From NCBI GenBank assembly GCA_973851085.1, contig OZ316775.1:11904001-11968000 (forward strand): a stretch of 64,000 bases of DNA. Reading direction: 5' to 3'. The stretch comes from Ptychomitrium polyphyllum (taxonomy: Eukaryota). Shown piece after piece: positions 27,292-39,950 of the stretch. The notes below the pieces were generated by a model that made no database searches, had not been told where the DNA came from, and saw only the letters and a list, made by a program, of their open reading frames with translations. Position 1 is the stretch's first letter. Every line of letters starts with the position of its first letter. Both the position numbers and the translations under genes were made by a program.

Positions 27292-27329
27292 TTGTGTGTG
27301 TGTGTGTATATATGTGTGTATATGTGTGT
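27292..27329. repeat. (TG)n/(TA)n compound microsatellite
   Basis: tgtgtgtgtgtgtgtatatatgtgtgtatatgtgtg. Confidence 0.9.
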
Positions 27330-28902
27330 CCAGTCGATTACTTCAGCATCAGTACAAAACGAAGTTTCCTGCTCACAGAATGGAGGCAGGCGCGTGTGGG
27401 GAACAGAGGCTCGCAGCGCGCACGTCTCGAATCAGTCACATCGACATGGAACTTCATACACCGAATCTTCTCAAAGCTCAAGAAATGGCTAGACGTGGCC
27501 ACAGATTGTACTTTCCATGGCCTTTACGCCAGTGCTCGACAATAGTATTCAGCTGCGGTCTTTAAAGAACCTCACTGCAGTTGCTTTATCCAGGGAATCC
27601 ATGGGTTTGGAGCCTGTAGATGCCGCGTTGCTAGCGGTCTTGGACGTGCTCCTCTCCTTGAGCTTCGTTGGGCTTATTACAGTTCCAGAGCTTGTTCATG
27701 GCGCAAGACGTGGCTGCATGCTGCTTGCAGGTTGGCTGCGCAAGCGCAATGCGACGTCGTGGTTACAATATATAAGCAACAAGGAGGTGTAGTCATCTCG
27801 TAAGATTAATTAAGTAGATTCGCACAGGCGAAGGATCCGTTCATCCTCTGCTCACTGAGGCATCCATCCGTATGGGATTGTAACTCAAACTCGATTGTTT
27901 GCATCAGTCTGCTTGATGTGATAGGTTTGTAAACCATTCCTTGACCAGTAGCCCGCCTCGGGCGAGGTTGCTGTTTTATATGGCTAACTTTGCAATGGTA
28001 CCAAAATCTTGCCACTTGTTCCAAAAAATCAAAAATCGAAAAAATTGGGAGTTACCTTGTGATGTAACGGATATATAGTTCACTTTGTTAACCACGTAAT
28101 AGTCTCTAGACAGTGAACTGCCGGTTCTGGTAGTTGCTGTAAGAATCCCAAGTCTTTTTGTAGCTACTGATATGCACATTGTGAGCGATCACAATATCTG
28201 GCGATCAGAACTTTGAGGAAAAGCGAACTCCAGTTCGTCAGGCTGGTGAGTGACGAAGTGGACCACAGATGTTTGAGAGAGTGACCTGTATATATTAGAG
28301 TTGGGTGATCGATTTTTTCTTTTAATCGAATTCCATGTGGTAATGACTTAGCCAAATAAATGGCTACTAAAATGATTAGCGTTTAATTCAGAAGTGAGGA
28401 ATTCGGAATTTTGCGCAGAGTAACGGTTGGAGGGAGATCCGCGATTGGAGGTTTCTGAACTCCAGAGACGCAACATAGAGGAAACACAGAGGAGATGTTC
28501 GCTCGAATGATATCAAATACCCGAGAGCCACCCATGGAGCAAACAATATCGAGGAGCTCGCTCGTTCGAATGCTGGCTAATGCCCCAGAGCCTCTCGCGG
28601 TGGAGGACATTAACACCCGTATGCTGCCCCTGCGAGAGGAGGATGCAATCTGCCAATGTATGTAGAACAGAATAGAAGTACAGGGTGGATGCTCCTGCTC
28701 CAAGGAGGTAGCCTGGGCCAAGATACACTGGATAACGAGACCGCTGAAGTCAGGGAAGGCAGCGGTGGTGTGCACGACGACCGACCTGGCGAACCCCTTA
28801 AAAGAGTTGATTGCAGTCATTTGAAGAGACCTACAGGTAATCCAAGCATTTCTGAGGGTGGTACTTGTATCATGCCATGACCGTGTAATGCGTGCAGATG
28901 GA

Positions 28903-29350
28903 GAAGACGAGGACAGCGAGCTCACGTGATGGATGGCGAGTCTGCTGAAGTTGTGAAAGCGGATGCTGCCGGTGGACGTGGAGGATGTAAAGAACGGAGA
29001 GGTCAACTTTTGACTAGCTGTGAATAGCAGTAGTCGGCTATAGTGTAACATGTACCATGACTTTGATGGCGAACATTTTTGCAACATTAAATATTGTTCC
29101 ATTTTGCAGTTCTCTTGTGCGGAGAGAGAAGGTAGGTAGATGAAAGATCTACCGGATCTTCGGACCTGGTGTGAAGTAGGGAGGGTGTCGGAGCATGTAG
29201 GAATTGTACGATGGTAAAGTTTAGACGTGCGGAAGACATCCAAGGATTGTAGGAAGTTAGTCAAGGGAAGAACGACGATATAGTGCAGGGCATGTGTCGT
29301 TTTTGGAAAGAGAATGAAAACGAAGAATTGAAAGCTGGGTCGATACGACT
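28903..29350 (+). pseudogene. Decayed partial duplicate of the GTE last coding exon end and 3' UTR
   Basis: Collinear with ~22312-22807 (e.g. gatggatggcgagtctgctgaag, gtgtaacatgtacc, tagacgtgcggaagacatcc-aggattgtaggaagttagt), with indels that break the GTE frame. Confidence 0.9.
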
Positions 29351-30904
29351 CCATGATCTTCACTCAATGAATTCATAAATACATTCTAGGCTTTGTATTC
29401 ACCGACTTTTGATTGATTCTGCTGGCAGGCATTGCTTTGTGCATTGGCTGTGCTTGGACCAGTTCGAAGTATGTCCTCGTTAAACTTGGGGGCTGCATTT
29501 GTGTCTTTCTTTTGGTCGTGATACTAAAATCCTTCTGTAATAAACATGCCTGCGATGACCCTTTTATATTATATTTTCTACATTGCCCTGGAAGGACACT
29601 ATCTTAAATATTTAATACCCCTTGCAATAAAGGGTACTTAGCATCTTACCTTTATTTACCTTTATTTATTTTAGGATTATTTTGCATCTTATTAATGGAT
29701 ATAAATATGACTTTGCCTTCTTTTTAGAACCCTTTGTATTTTTTTGATTTTGTTGGATGGTTAATATTTTGGATTCTATAATATTTGTTAAGTAATATTT
29801 TGGCAGGTGTTTTAAAATATACATTCCTTTATACTTTAAAAAGGAGTGTGAATAGGCAAACTTTGATTATATTTTGTGTGATTTTGGCTTTTTTTTTGTG
29901 CTTAATGAGGAAGAACAATAAGCTTATAACATATTAAAAATCAAATTATTGTACCAACATCTCAAAAATGTCCAATATATTTCTAAATTTACTTGTAGTA
30001 ATGAAAATAATATTGTTCAATCAATAGAAAGTTAGTACCAAATCACATATACAAAGAAATAAAGATTAGCAAAAAACAAAGCTATTAAATTATGCAATAA
30101 TTGTGGTAATTCAACTCTTTGAATAAAAATTTGAAGTCTTTAACAATTGAGACTTCTAAAAAGTAGCATATCATAGAGAAAATTGAAGCAAAACATATGC
30201 TACAAAAATGCAACGTTCAAATTTCAAAACTAATAATATAACATGCAAAACTTACTTGCTTCTAAACTCATTTAGAATGGAGGAAAGGTGAAAAATATCA
30301 AAGACAATTATTTAGTAAAAATCCAATTTAAGAAAAGTTAGTTTAACAGGATCCTTACAAAGTAAAAGACATAAAGTCAAAATTAACATCATTTCATCCT
30401 TACAATTAACAGGGAACCTATATTCTTACAAATCTTTTTAACAAGTATGTAATATTTATGCATTCAAAGAAAATACATATTATTCTAAACAAAAATGAAA
30501 AATGCATTCAAAAGAAACCAAAACTTGTTAAAGACCTATACCACAACAATGAAAGAGTATGAGGTCTTTAACAAATTGTTGTAACCTCTTATGAATTCAT
30601 TGCATTTAATTTATCTATAAAATGGATGCTAGGTTCTAGGCCCAAAACAAAGAATTTTTATAAATAGATGAACATAGTGCATGCCACCAACTTCTTATAT
30701 AAATCTTATGCCACAACAATGAAAGAGAAATAGATTCTAAATACAAGACCAATTTATTTCTTTGAAGGGCGTCTCCAAACCTTATCATCCAAGCTAATTA
30801 AAAGTGTGTAGTATTGTAATACATAAAATGTAAAATATGTCAAACATATGATTGTAATATGTAAAATGTCTAAAGCTAAAGAATAATAGAGGCATTAGAT
30901 CCCA

Positions 30905-31993
30905 TCAACTAGAGAAGTTAGATAGTACTGTGAAGTACATTGCCCTATGCCATCTTCTCATCCCTCCACCATATTTTGTTTTGTGCAAAATGTTTGTTTG
31001 TGCTCCTACCACGGTGGTTATCACCCTCATTAAACCATTACACCAGCCCTCTTTCATTGAATCCACATTTCCAAATTTTTTAGATGGCTTTTGTAGGACA
31101 CCTTTGTGTGGTTCACTGGAATAGAATAAAGTTCTATCTGTGATGATATCTAACTTGTATCCAAATGAAGTCAGGAGTGAAACTGGATTTGAATTCCACA
31201 AATTGATTCAAATAGACAACATGGTTACAAATACTTAATGAAGTGGTTCCCAAATCAACATGGTTACAAATACTTAATGAAGTGGTTCCCAAATCCACCT
31301 CTAGCAATGTTACATTTAGAACTCTAAAAGGTCTTGCAGGTTCAAGACTTCAGTAGTTAGACAAAATGTATGCTTCACTATAATCTACAATCCCTTTGCA
31401 GATCCTCAAGACATATAATCACACCTTCTACTATCTAAGATCCCCTGCATATTTGTATGAAGCAAAGGAGGCAATCATAGGCAATCTGGTAGCTCGAGTT
31501 TGAAATCTTAAGTTTGCAGATAAACGTTTAGACTTTGCCAGCATCATGCTAGTAATAATTGCCAAAATTCCCCCCATCTTTGTTGTGTAGTTTACCAAAG
31601 TACGTCCTGCTGCAAGCAAGTCGAATAGTGACCCTGTTGTAATTACAAGTGTTTCCAGGTACATGCAAATTTGTATCCTCTATAGCAATCTGGATTCTTC
31701 CCTCTAGTAATAGCGTCAAGTTGAATACCTCCACATCCTTGTTTCATGTTGGAATAACCATTTGATAGTTAAATCCTACATTGTTGTTAAATCCAAAATA
31801 CATATTTACAATGTAAAAGTTTGCACTGCTTGACAAAGGCCTCATGATCAAAAGCACCAGTATGAGGACAACCATCTATACTTGCAGGTTTTTCATTCTC
31901 TCTAGGCAACCTTGGAGAAGCTTCTACAAATGGTGAAGCAACGGAAACATGAATCACCATATATGCAGCTAGGCAAAGCTTGCTCCCTCGCAT
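30905..31993 (-). pseudogene. Degenerate intronless ORF, possibly a secreted protein, family not recognised
   Basis: Locally higher GC. Begins with a signal-peptide-like MRGSKLCLAAYMVIHVSVASP; protein-like frames continue with scattered stops and frameshifts. Confidence 0.35.
31217..31294. repeat. Perfect 39-bp tandem duplication
   Basis: caacatggttacaaatacttaatgaagtggttcccaaat x2; reads (V)DLGTTSLSICNH twice on -. Confidence 0.95.
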
Positions 31994-34900
31994 GATAACA
32001 TAGCATCTGTACACCTGTGCTTCTCTCCCGCACACATCCCATGTGAGTACAAAAGGCTATACTATGATGAATGTAGCATTAACCTTTCAAGACATAAAGA
32101 AGAGACATGGAAAAAACATTTGATCAATTGTCCAAGACAAAAAGGGAAGATGAAATGATTACACTTCATATCACTCATTGTCAGGCTAAACCTTCATGCA
32201 TATTAGTTATAAAAGGTCAAACCTAAATATCCCTTTTATTTCTTAGAAAGCCGCCATTCTCTATTCTAGGCCGAAATAAAACCATCTAGTTTAAGAAGTG
32301 ATATATATTTAGCATTTGTTAGCACAAATATCATTCTCCTTCCAAGAAATCCCACAAAAAACTTCCAAAATGCTAACAACAAATACGTTATTCCTTTTAG
32401 ACTATGAGGTAAATCAAAATTTAAGAGCATTAATGGAAAAATGAAGGTGAGCAAACCATAACCAAGGCCTTCAAATAATTTTAACTTGTATCAATTCTAA
32501 ACTTGAAGATTTCCATTTTCTTGAATAGGCACTTGGAAATACAAAGTTCAAACTTGTATTGATTTTTTTTAGAATATTAGTTTTACAAAAAAGTGATAAG
32601 CAATTACAACTTCATTCTAGCTTCTATAGTCTTAACTAAGGTATTAGTTCTAAATTGGTCAACAACATGCATTACATACTAAAGCTCTTCCCAAATTACT
32701 TTGTATATCATACGCTATCAACTCATTTTAAATTGGCCCTCAAATGCTTCTACTATCACATCAATGCTCAGACATATAGACAAAATAAATAGAATCAAGG
32801 CTTGAATTACCTCTTATTTTCACTTGTTAGGTCAAGGAAAATTACAAAAAAGATATAACTTATGTATTACTAACTTAAAAAAAGTACGCCATATTTATAG
32901 CATGCATTACATTTGTCTTGTATTATTCTTACAACCAAAATGACACAAGACTTTTCAATAAAAAGCAAATAATTTGCTAAATTAGACACCAAAATTCCAA
33001 AAAAAAACAAGGCCTATTGCTTGAAGTTCTACAACCTAGTGGGAAATAAAACCAAATATCTGATGTAACGACCATCACCATAAGCATCTATTACCAAAAC
33101 TTCCTCCTCGTTAAATGAATCCTTATTTTGACAACTCAAATCAAAATTATTAAACCGCACATAAAATCCAACAAGACTTGAGATATCAATTATAATGCCA
33201 TCAATAAACAATTCTAGTTCCACTCAATTGCTTAAGTTTTAAGTGATATAGAATGGAATAGGCTATACCAAAAAAATTCCACTTCCTGCATAATACTTTA
33301 TATCCTATTCCAACCTCACAAGACGATTCCTCATCCAATGCCAACTTCACTACCAGCAAACATCAATCAAGAGACAAAAATAAAAGTGACGTAATTGAAT
33401 TCAATTATATTTTAGTTGTCATACTAGACATGAGCAATGAATCAATAGCGCCTTGATTAGCTGCCTTGACAATAATTTCCCTTGCACCAGGGCCACTAAA
33501 CCACTTCTTGTTGCCACAAACTTTCCATGACAACTGCCATTCAGAGTCAAACTTGGACAAAACCTTAGCAGCAACAACAAAGTGCCGGTGTAATGTTTCA
33601 ATGTGGCAAAAGAAGGCAAGGCAAGTGGTGGTTTGGTAGCTGGCCAATGGCATGAGGCACAACAGCACTGCCATGGCCATGCAAGGAATGGTTGTGGCAT
33701 GGCAATGGCAATGGAGCTCCAAATTGTAGTTAAGTTAGTGCTAGAGGATTTTGTTGTGCAAATTTGGGTCTTGAAAAAGAGCATTTTAGATAGATTACGG
33801 TGCAAATTTTTCTCTTGTCTATAAAAAGACATTGTATCAAGAAAGGACTATATATAAATGTTTAATATACATTTTGATCACAATCAAATTGACATGTAAA
33901 AAAGCATTAAAATGCATTGAAGAGATTTATTTATTAAAAATTCTTCCAACCAAACAATTAATTTCCAAATATTTTACATATTAAAATCAATAAGTCATAC
34001 ATCTTTATAAAAGAATTATTAATATTCCAAATTACAAAAAATGTAAGAATGCACATTTCACTTAAGAATATCTTTACAAATTTGTACTAATATTGAGGTG
34101 TAAATTCTTTAAATATTTACTATATTTCTTTCAACCAATTCATATATTTCCCTAAATCTTATTAAAATTAGAGCTTGTTAGAAATAGATCCAATATCTTT
34201 TCAAATATAAGTTGTGCACTTACATTCAAATGCTAATATTTGTTCAATGGTTCATTTATCAAGTTTTCAAAATATTGAAACAACTAGAGGCATTGCCTAT
34301 TGAAAATAAGATCTTAGTTTTTTTTTACAATGCCTTTCAAATGGAAGTTCTAGTATAAAATTTCATAACAATTTATTCTAAAATTATAAGTTTTGGCCAC
34401 TTCTAAGAATATCTCCAACTTCTTGCTCAACCTTAGCTCTATTAATACTTGCAATACTTTACATGTATTACAAAAAATAATCTTGTAATTCAATTGAGCA
34501 TTTATAGTCTTTTATAAAATAATTACATTTTATACAATCACCTTCACATCTTCTCACAAGCAAGCTTAATGTCCTTAAGTCTCTATAAACTATATTGCAA
34601 CTATACGACCAATTTGTCTAAGGTACAATTAAATTATCTCAAGTACAACCAATTTATTTCAAATAAAATTTGTCTATTTAATAAATAGAGACTACCACAT
34701 GAAATAAACCAAGTATAGTGACTACTATCAAATTTGTACTTATTATAACCAAATCAAAATTTATTACAAACACACCGTCTAGGTACAAAAAAAAATCACA
34801 ATATAAAAGTCGACTAATCTTCTTTCTACAAGAAAAGAATCCAAGCGATTAACTAATTGCATCATCTCCAAGTAAACCTCATAAAAAAGCCTTTATTCTT

Positions 34901-35479
34901 TCAAAAGATCTTAAAAGAACTCACAAGACATACAAGACTTAATTTGGCACAAAATGCCAAGTAAAGGAGCTATTCCACCAACCACTCCTTCCAAACTGTA
35001 ATTGGTACTAATAAAACAATTTGAAATGAAATACACACTAAATGAATGAAACTCTCTAAATTGAATTATGCTACACTTACTCAACATGGATTGGCACTCA
35101 ATGCCATGTCACATAATAATTGTCGCGTAAATAATGACAATTGTATGAAAAAATCAAGTGCCATAGTTGTTATTAAATTTGCAGTAATCAAAACCAAATA
35201 CGAATGCATAACCAATACACCTTCAAATTCTTCCCATGCCCCTTGTAAGCTGGTTATGGAGTCTTTTCAAATAGTTGAAACTTCATTCATATGTAGTTGA
35301 AGATGAATATTATAATGGTGTTGTAAAAATCAACTAAGCCAAAAAAACTAGGGAAGAAGTGATTAAAAGATTTGTAGATTAGGTGCATCATAAGACCCAT
35401 TTTTAGTTGCTTTTGGAAATTTTGTTCTAAAATGCCATTATCATCCTTCACATTAGCTCTAATTTTGAATTTGCAACTA

Positions 35480-37250
35480 ATGGTTCGGTAACTACCAAGT
35501 AATCAAAGACTTGGTAGTTCCTTACTAAAAAATCATTATCAAAAAATAACAATCTATACAAATTTATGATTGATACTACCAAATGGGAGAAATATGATAG
35601 TTTTAAGAATCAACTATAAAAATACTATAGAACTTGCTAGAATGGAAGAACATACATAAGAAACATTTATTCTAAAATAAAGTTGATGAAAGATCTATGT
35701 ATGGAGTGTATAACTTGTTTCATAGAAAAAGAAAAAATACAACACACCCTCAACTCTCTTGGTTGAGAGTTTAAATACTAGATTCAAGATTTTATAATAG
35801 TAGATCTACATTTGTTTGTCTAAATTAATAGACTACTGCTATCATCCGATAGTTATTGTTGGAGGATGTCCATTGGTATTGATGTGGGAAGTTTGGTAGA
35901 AGAAGTCCAATAGTAATGGGTATAACACCTGGTAGATTGGTAATATTATTCCCTTCTAAACTAAATTAACTTTTGGAAATTATAATTTTGAATTACTATA
36001 AGACTTCCTGAATTTGAAGTCAGCAAAGAATCTAACGTGTGGAGGGAGGAGTAGAATGCAAAGGGGAGGTAGGATTGATATTAGAGTTGGTAGAAAGAGG
36101 AAGAAGTTAGCATTGTATATAGGAAGTAGAGAGATTGGTATAAATGGAATGAGAAGAATTGGAGACAAGAAGATTGGTCTCAATCGGTAGGAGATAAGAA
36201 GTGGTCGGTAAAGAAGAAATGCTTGGAATATTAGGCAAAGGTTGATTAGCACCTAAATTCAAACCATCAAAATACTTGTCATCTAAGTTATAGATGCTAA
36301 GAGAGACGGGAGACTCCATTACCGAATGATTGTTTTTCCAACCCCAGAAGCTTTGTTGGTAATGGTCATAATAGCGTCCTGGTTGAGATGGCGGTGTAGG
36401 CATCATGGAGGCGTTGGCAGTTCTTTGTGAGTCGTTCACGTGCCTTTTGGTACCAGTACTCTATCTGGCAATGAAAAACCTTGTTGGTCTTTGCCTATTG
36501 TTGGTAGTAAGCGCAATTAGTAGTAAATTGCTGAATGTGAAGTTGAAGTTTGGTATCGGGAGGGGCCTAATTACAAAAATCAAAGAGGGCCTTTTAAATG
36601 AGATCAAGGTTTAGAGTGAGCTTGGTGATGAGCCGTTATTGCATCTCAATTATGTTCTGCTTGTGGTTCTGTTCTAATATTAAAGAGTGAATCTATGTTT
36701 CTTGGGGATATAATAAACGCTTGGAAGTTTCATATTCTTGTACGAGCAGCTAAAAATACAATGCTAGCGGATTTTGATCACCTATGACAGACTTGGCATA
36801 GAAAACTAATTGCTCAAAATTAGTATGAGCTTCTATTAAAAGCAGTAAGGTCTCTAGCTAGTTTTGTATAGCTTTTTAGAGGTTTTCTAAGTTATATTTA
36901 ACATAAGGAATATCATGGATATAGTTGGTAGACTTTGGTGTGGTAGTGGGAAGAAGGATGGAGTTCAATATGGAATCATTGGTAGAAGGAGGAAGAAAAA
37001 AAGAAGGATTAGCGGAGGTAGAAGGTGGAGTAGTTATAGGAAGAATGGTACAAACGGGTGGTGTGGAATACTTTGGAAAAGAACAAATGATGTGTAGTGA
37101 AGGAGGTCTGATATTAAGGTCAACCATCGGTACTTTAGTAAGAGGAGAAGGAGATTAGGAGGGATGAGGAATAAAGATAGGACAAGAAATAGGAGAAGGG
37201 AGTGGAGAATTACTTCGACCAAAAAAAATAGTGTGGGTTGAGGCGATCGC
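35480..37250 (-). mobile_element. Second, truncated copy of the 3' part of the element at 1-4500 (unknown ORF + 3' non-coding)
   Basis: Collinear matches, e.g. 35701 atggagtgtataacttgtttcatagaa vs 599 atggagtgtataacttctttcatagaa, and 36268 caaaatacttgtcatctaagt vs 1747. Peptides HDIPYVKYNLENL vs HDILHVKYNFDNF and WKNNHSVMES..NLDDKYF vs WKDNHLVMDS..DLDDKYF. Confidence 0.8.
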
Positions 37251-38375
37251 GGTGGACGTGAGCAATGCTTGACGGTTTAGTCACTTCCAATATTTTTGGA
37301 CTAGGTTCTTGAGGAACTCCCGAATTCATTTAGCATTTGATGCTAATGTGGTTTGAGACCAGGTTTGCATTCTAGAAGATCTTGCATTGGTAGAGGTAAC
37401 AATTGACAAATAGAGAAGTTGAAAACATGGTTCCAAAGAAGCAATGTTATTCAAAGAGTCAACCTAAGATGTGGTATTCAATAAAAGAGAGAGAAGCTTA
37501 TGCCAAATTTTTGCAACTCTAAAAATGCTACCCTGCCATTTGAATTTTTATAAGCTCTGCTGCAAGATTATTATATAGTATAGTGAGCCAAGTCCATTGG
37601 TTGGGCTTGGTTGTGAACTTATTTAGTACTAATAGAAATCAAACATTTCTATTTGATATATAAGTCACTTTTTTTTGAAAAAAATACCTTAAAAAATACT
37701 TTGTTTGCAAGGAACTATATTTTTGGATCCTTATTGGATTCTCCAACCATCTTTTTTCTATGGCGCGGATCTTGTGATTTCTGAGAAACAACTGGGAGCT
37801 ACTAGGAGCTACTAATAAAGGGACAGTATTTATTGGTCCAACTTTGAGATGAAGCATATTGCAATGCCAACGGCTATTCAGCCACTGTAGACAGTTGGCA
37901 ATTGCGGATCTACAAACAAAGCATACCAAGTTGGTGACCATGGGTTCATTTCAGCAGACTTGCGGAAAGTGTCCAGCAATTACGAGTTTGTAACAACTAC
38001 ATACGTTTAGGAATTACAGCTTTGTTGCAACTGACTCTGCAGCCACTATGGGTATGTTACAACTATAGGTCCTCAACCATTGGTCTCCCTATTGATTGCG
38101 GTCCACGCCGTCTAGCTTTTAGGACTAAATTGCTCAACAATTTAGAACTTTGACATATAAGAGTATTGTATTTCCATGCACATTATTACCTAACAATGTA
38201 TATTCAAAACATATTTGAAATCCAAATGTTGTCATATTGTACATATAAAGAAAAAAAAAGCAATACATCACAAGATATTATTCATATATTAATTTCTATT
38301 TATCACAAAAGGTCCATATTTAGATTATACAAGACTTGTTATACTATTACACATTCTAGCCATTCATATTTGTTT

Positions 38376-39950
38376 TCAGAAACATACTTTGGGAGGTAAT
38401 AATTTACATGGCTTTGAAGTGAGCTTTGCAACTATACTAGCCAATGTACTCTTGCTTTGAAGTGCTTCTTTGAAAAAACCTTCAATGGCGTATTTGAAGT
38501 AGGCCTTTTGGATGGTGTGTGGAAGTAGCTCGGAATTGTACTCTTCATTCAAAATGCATTGGGCCAATCTCTCGGATGCAAATGCCTTTGCTTCTTTTGT
38601 ATACAAATGTATTTTCTTCATTTCATCCAAGTTATTCCTTGCATTTGGTGGCATGTGTACATAGAGTAATTCTGGGGCTATACACCACCTCTTTTGCTTC
38701 TTTGCATTCTTTCTTTTATGGGTATCATAGCCATACAAGTTTGGAATCAATTTAAAAAAATATAGCTTTCTTGATCCCAATCATATATTCCAATGCATAC
38801 TGCATTTGGATCTTCTTCCGGAAAATGGAATATAACATTTGCAAGAGTGAGGTCATTGTCAAGCACCCTTGCCTTGTAGACTAAATCCACGATGTAGATT
38901 AATACCCATGCCAATTTTGACCTACATTTATAGAATGCAACAAGGTGAGTGTGGGTTTGTACATCCATCCTACTATCAACTAATGGTTCATCATTGTTCA
39001 TCCGCTTGCAATACATCCTATCTGTGGCAAGCAGTTTCTTAAGCAATCTACCATTCTACCACAAAATGTAGGCTTCTAATAACGTGGAGTGGATTGCCCA
39101 AAACTTGATAACTCTAAGGTGCAAAATTAGACACACAAGCGCTTCATTGGATTGTTGTACTTTGGCTTCCAATAGATAACTTTCTTTGGAGGTTTTTCTA
39201 GCAAAAAAAATACTATTAGGAATTTCTTACATTCCAACAATGCGCACCTTTTTTACCCTTTCATATTTCTCGTGTACATTTGATCCCAAAGGTTCTACAA
39301 TTTGACTTCAAAGGTTCTACAATTGTGGATGGTAGAACCCACACCACAATGCCATTCATATTTTGATTCATGGCCGCAATTATGGCCTGCTCTTGCCACG
39401 GCATGGCTCTATTCTTACTCCTAGAGAACGTTCTAAAAAGTCCATAGAACCCCACTAACTTATTACAAAGTGCCACATGTCCTTCCAAAGACTCTTTTTT
39501 TTGTGGTATTTTTTGATGTGTATCCAAAAATTGGATTATATTAAAAATACCTTACTCAATGATGTTTGCCAACTACGCTTCAAAGTGCGGATACCGCTCA
39601 CTTGCATCTCCAAAATCTTCACTACTAAACAAGGTTGTCATCAACTCTTGTTCCAATTCTAATTGTAAATATTCTCCACTTTTAGCTCCATGCGTAGTAT
39701 ACCTCTTAGTTAATTTCTCAATGGACATTTTTTCAAAGAAAATCAAAATCCAATCCCAAAGAAAGTTAGTGCATTCCATTGGTGGCAAATTTGAATCATC
39801 TTTGTCCTTCTTTCTATTTATGAACCTTTTCCTTCTAGAATTACAAGGACTACAAAATTGAGATCCTTGACCACCACTAGATGCTATATTCTTTGACATC
39901 ATTCCTTCACCTACAAGAGTCTTTCTTTGATTACTATTACCACCAGACAT
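38376..39950 (-). pseudogene. Intronless atypical Ser/Thr-type protein kinase pseudogene
   Basis: Ordered kinase subdomain-like motifs across frameshifted ORFs: II FARK, III NEAL, IV HLRVIKFW, V ILW*NG, VIb VLDNDLTLANVIF, VII GIYDWD, VIII CIAPELL, IX YTKEAKAFA. Confidence 0.75.
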
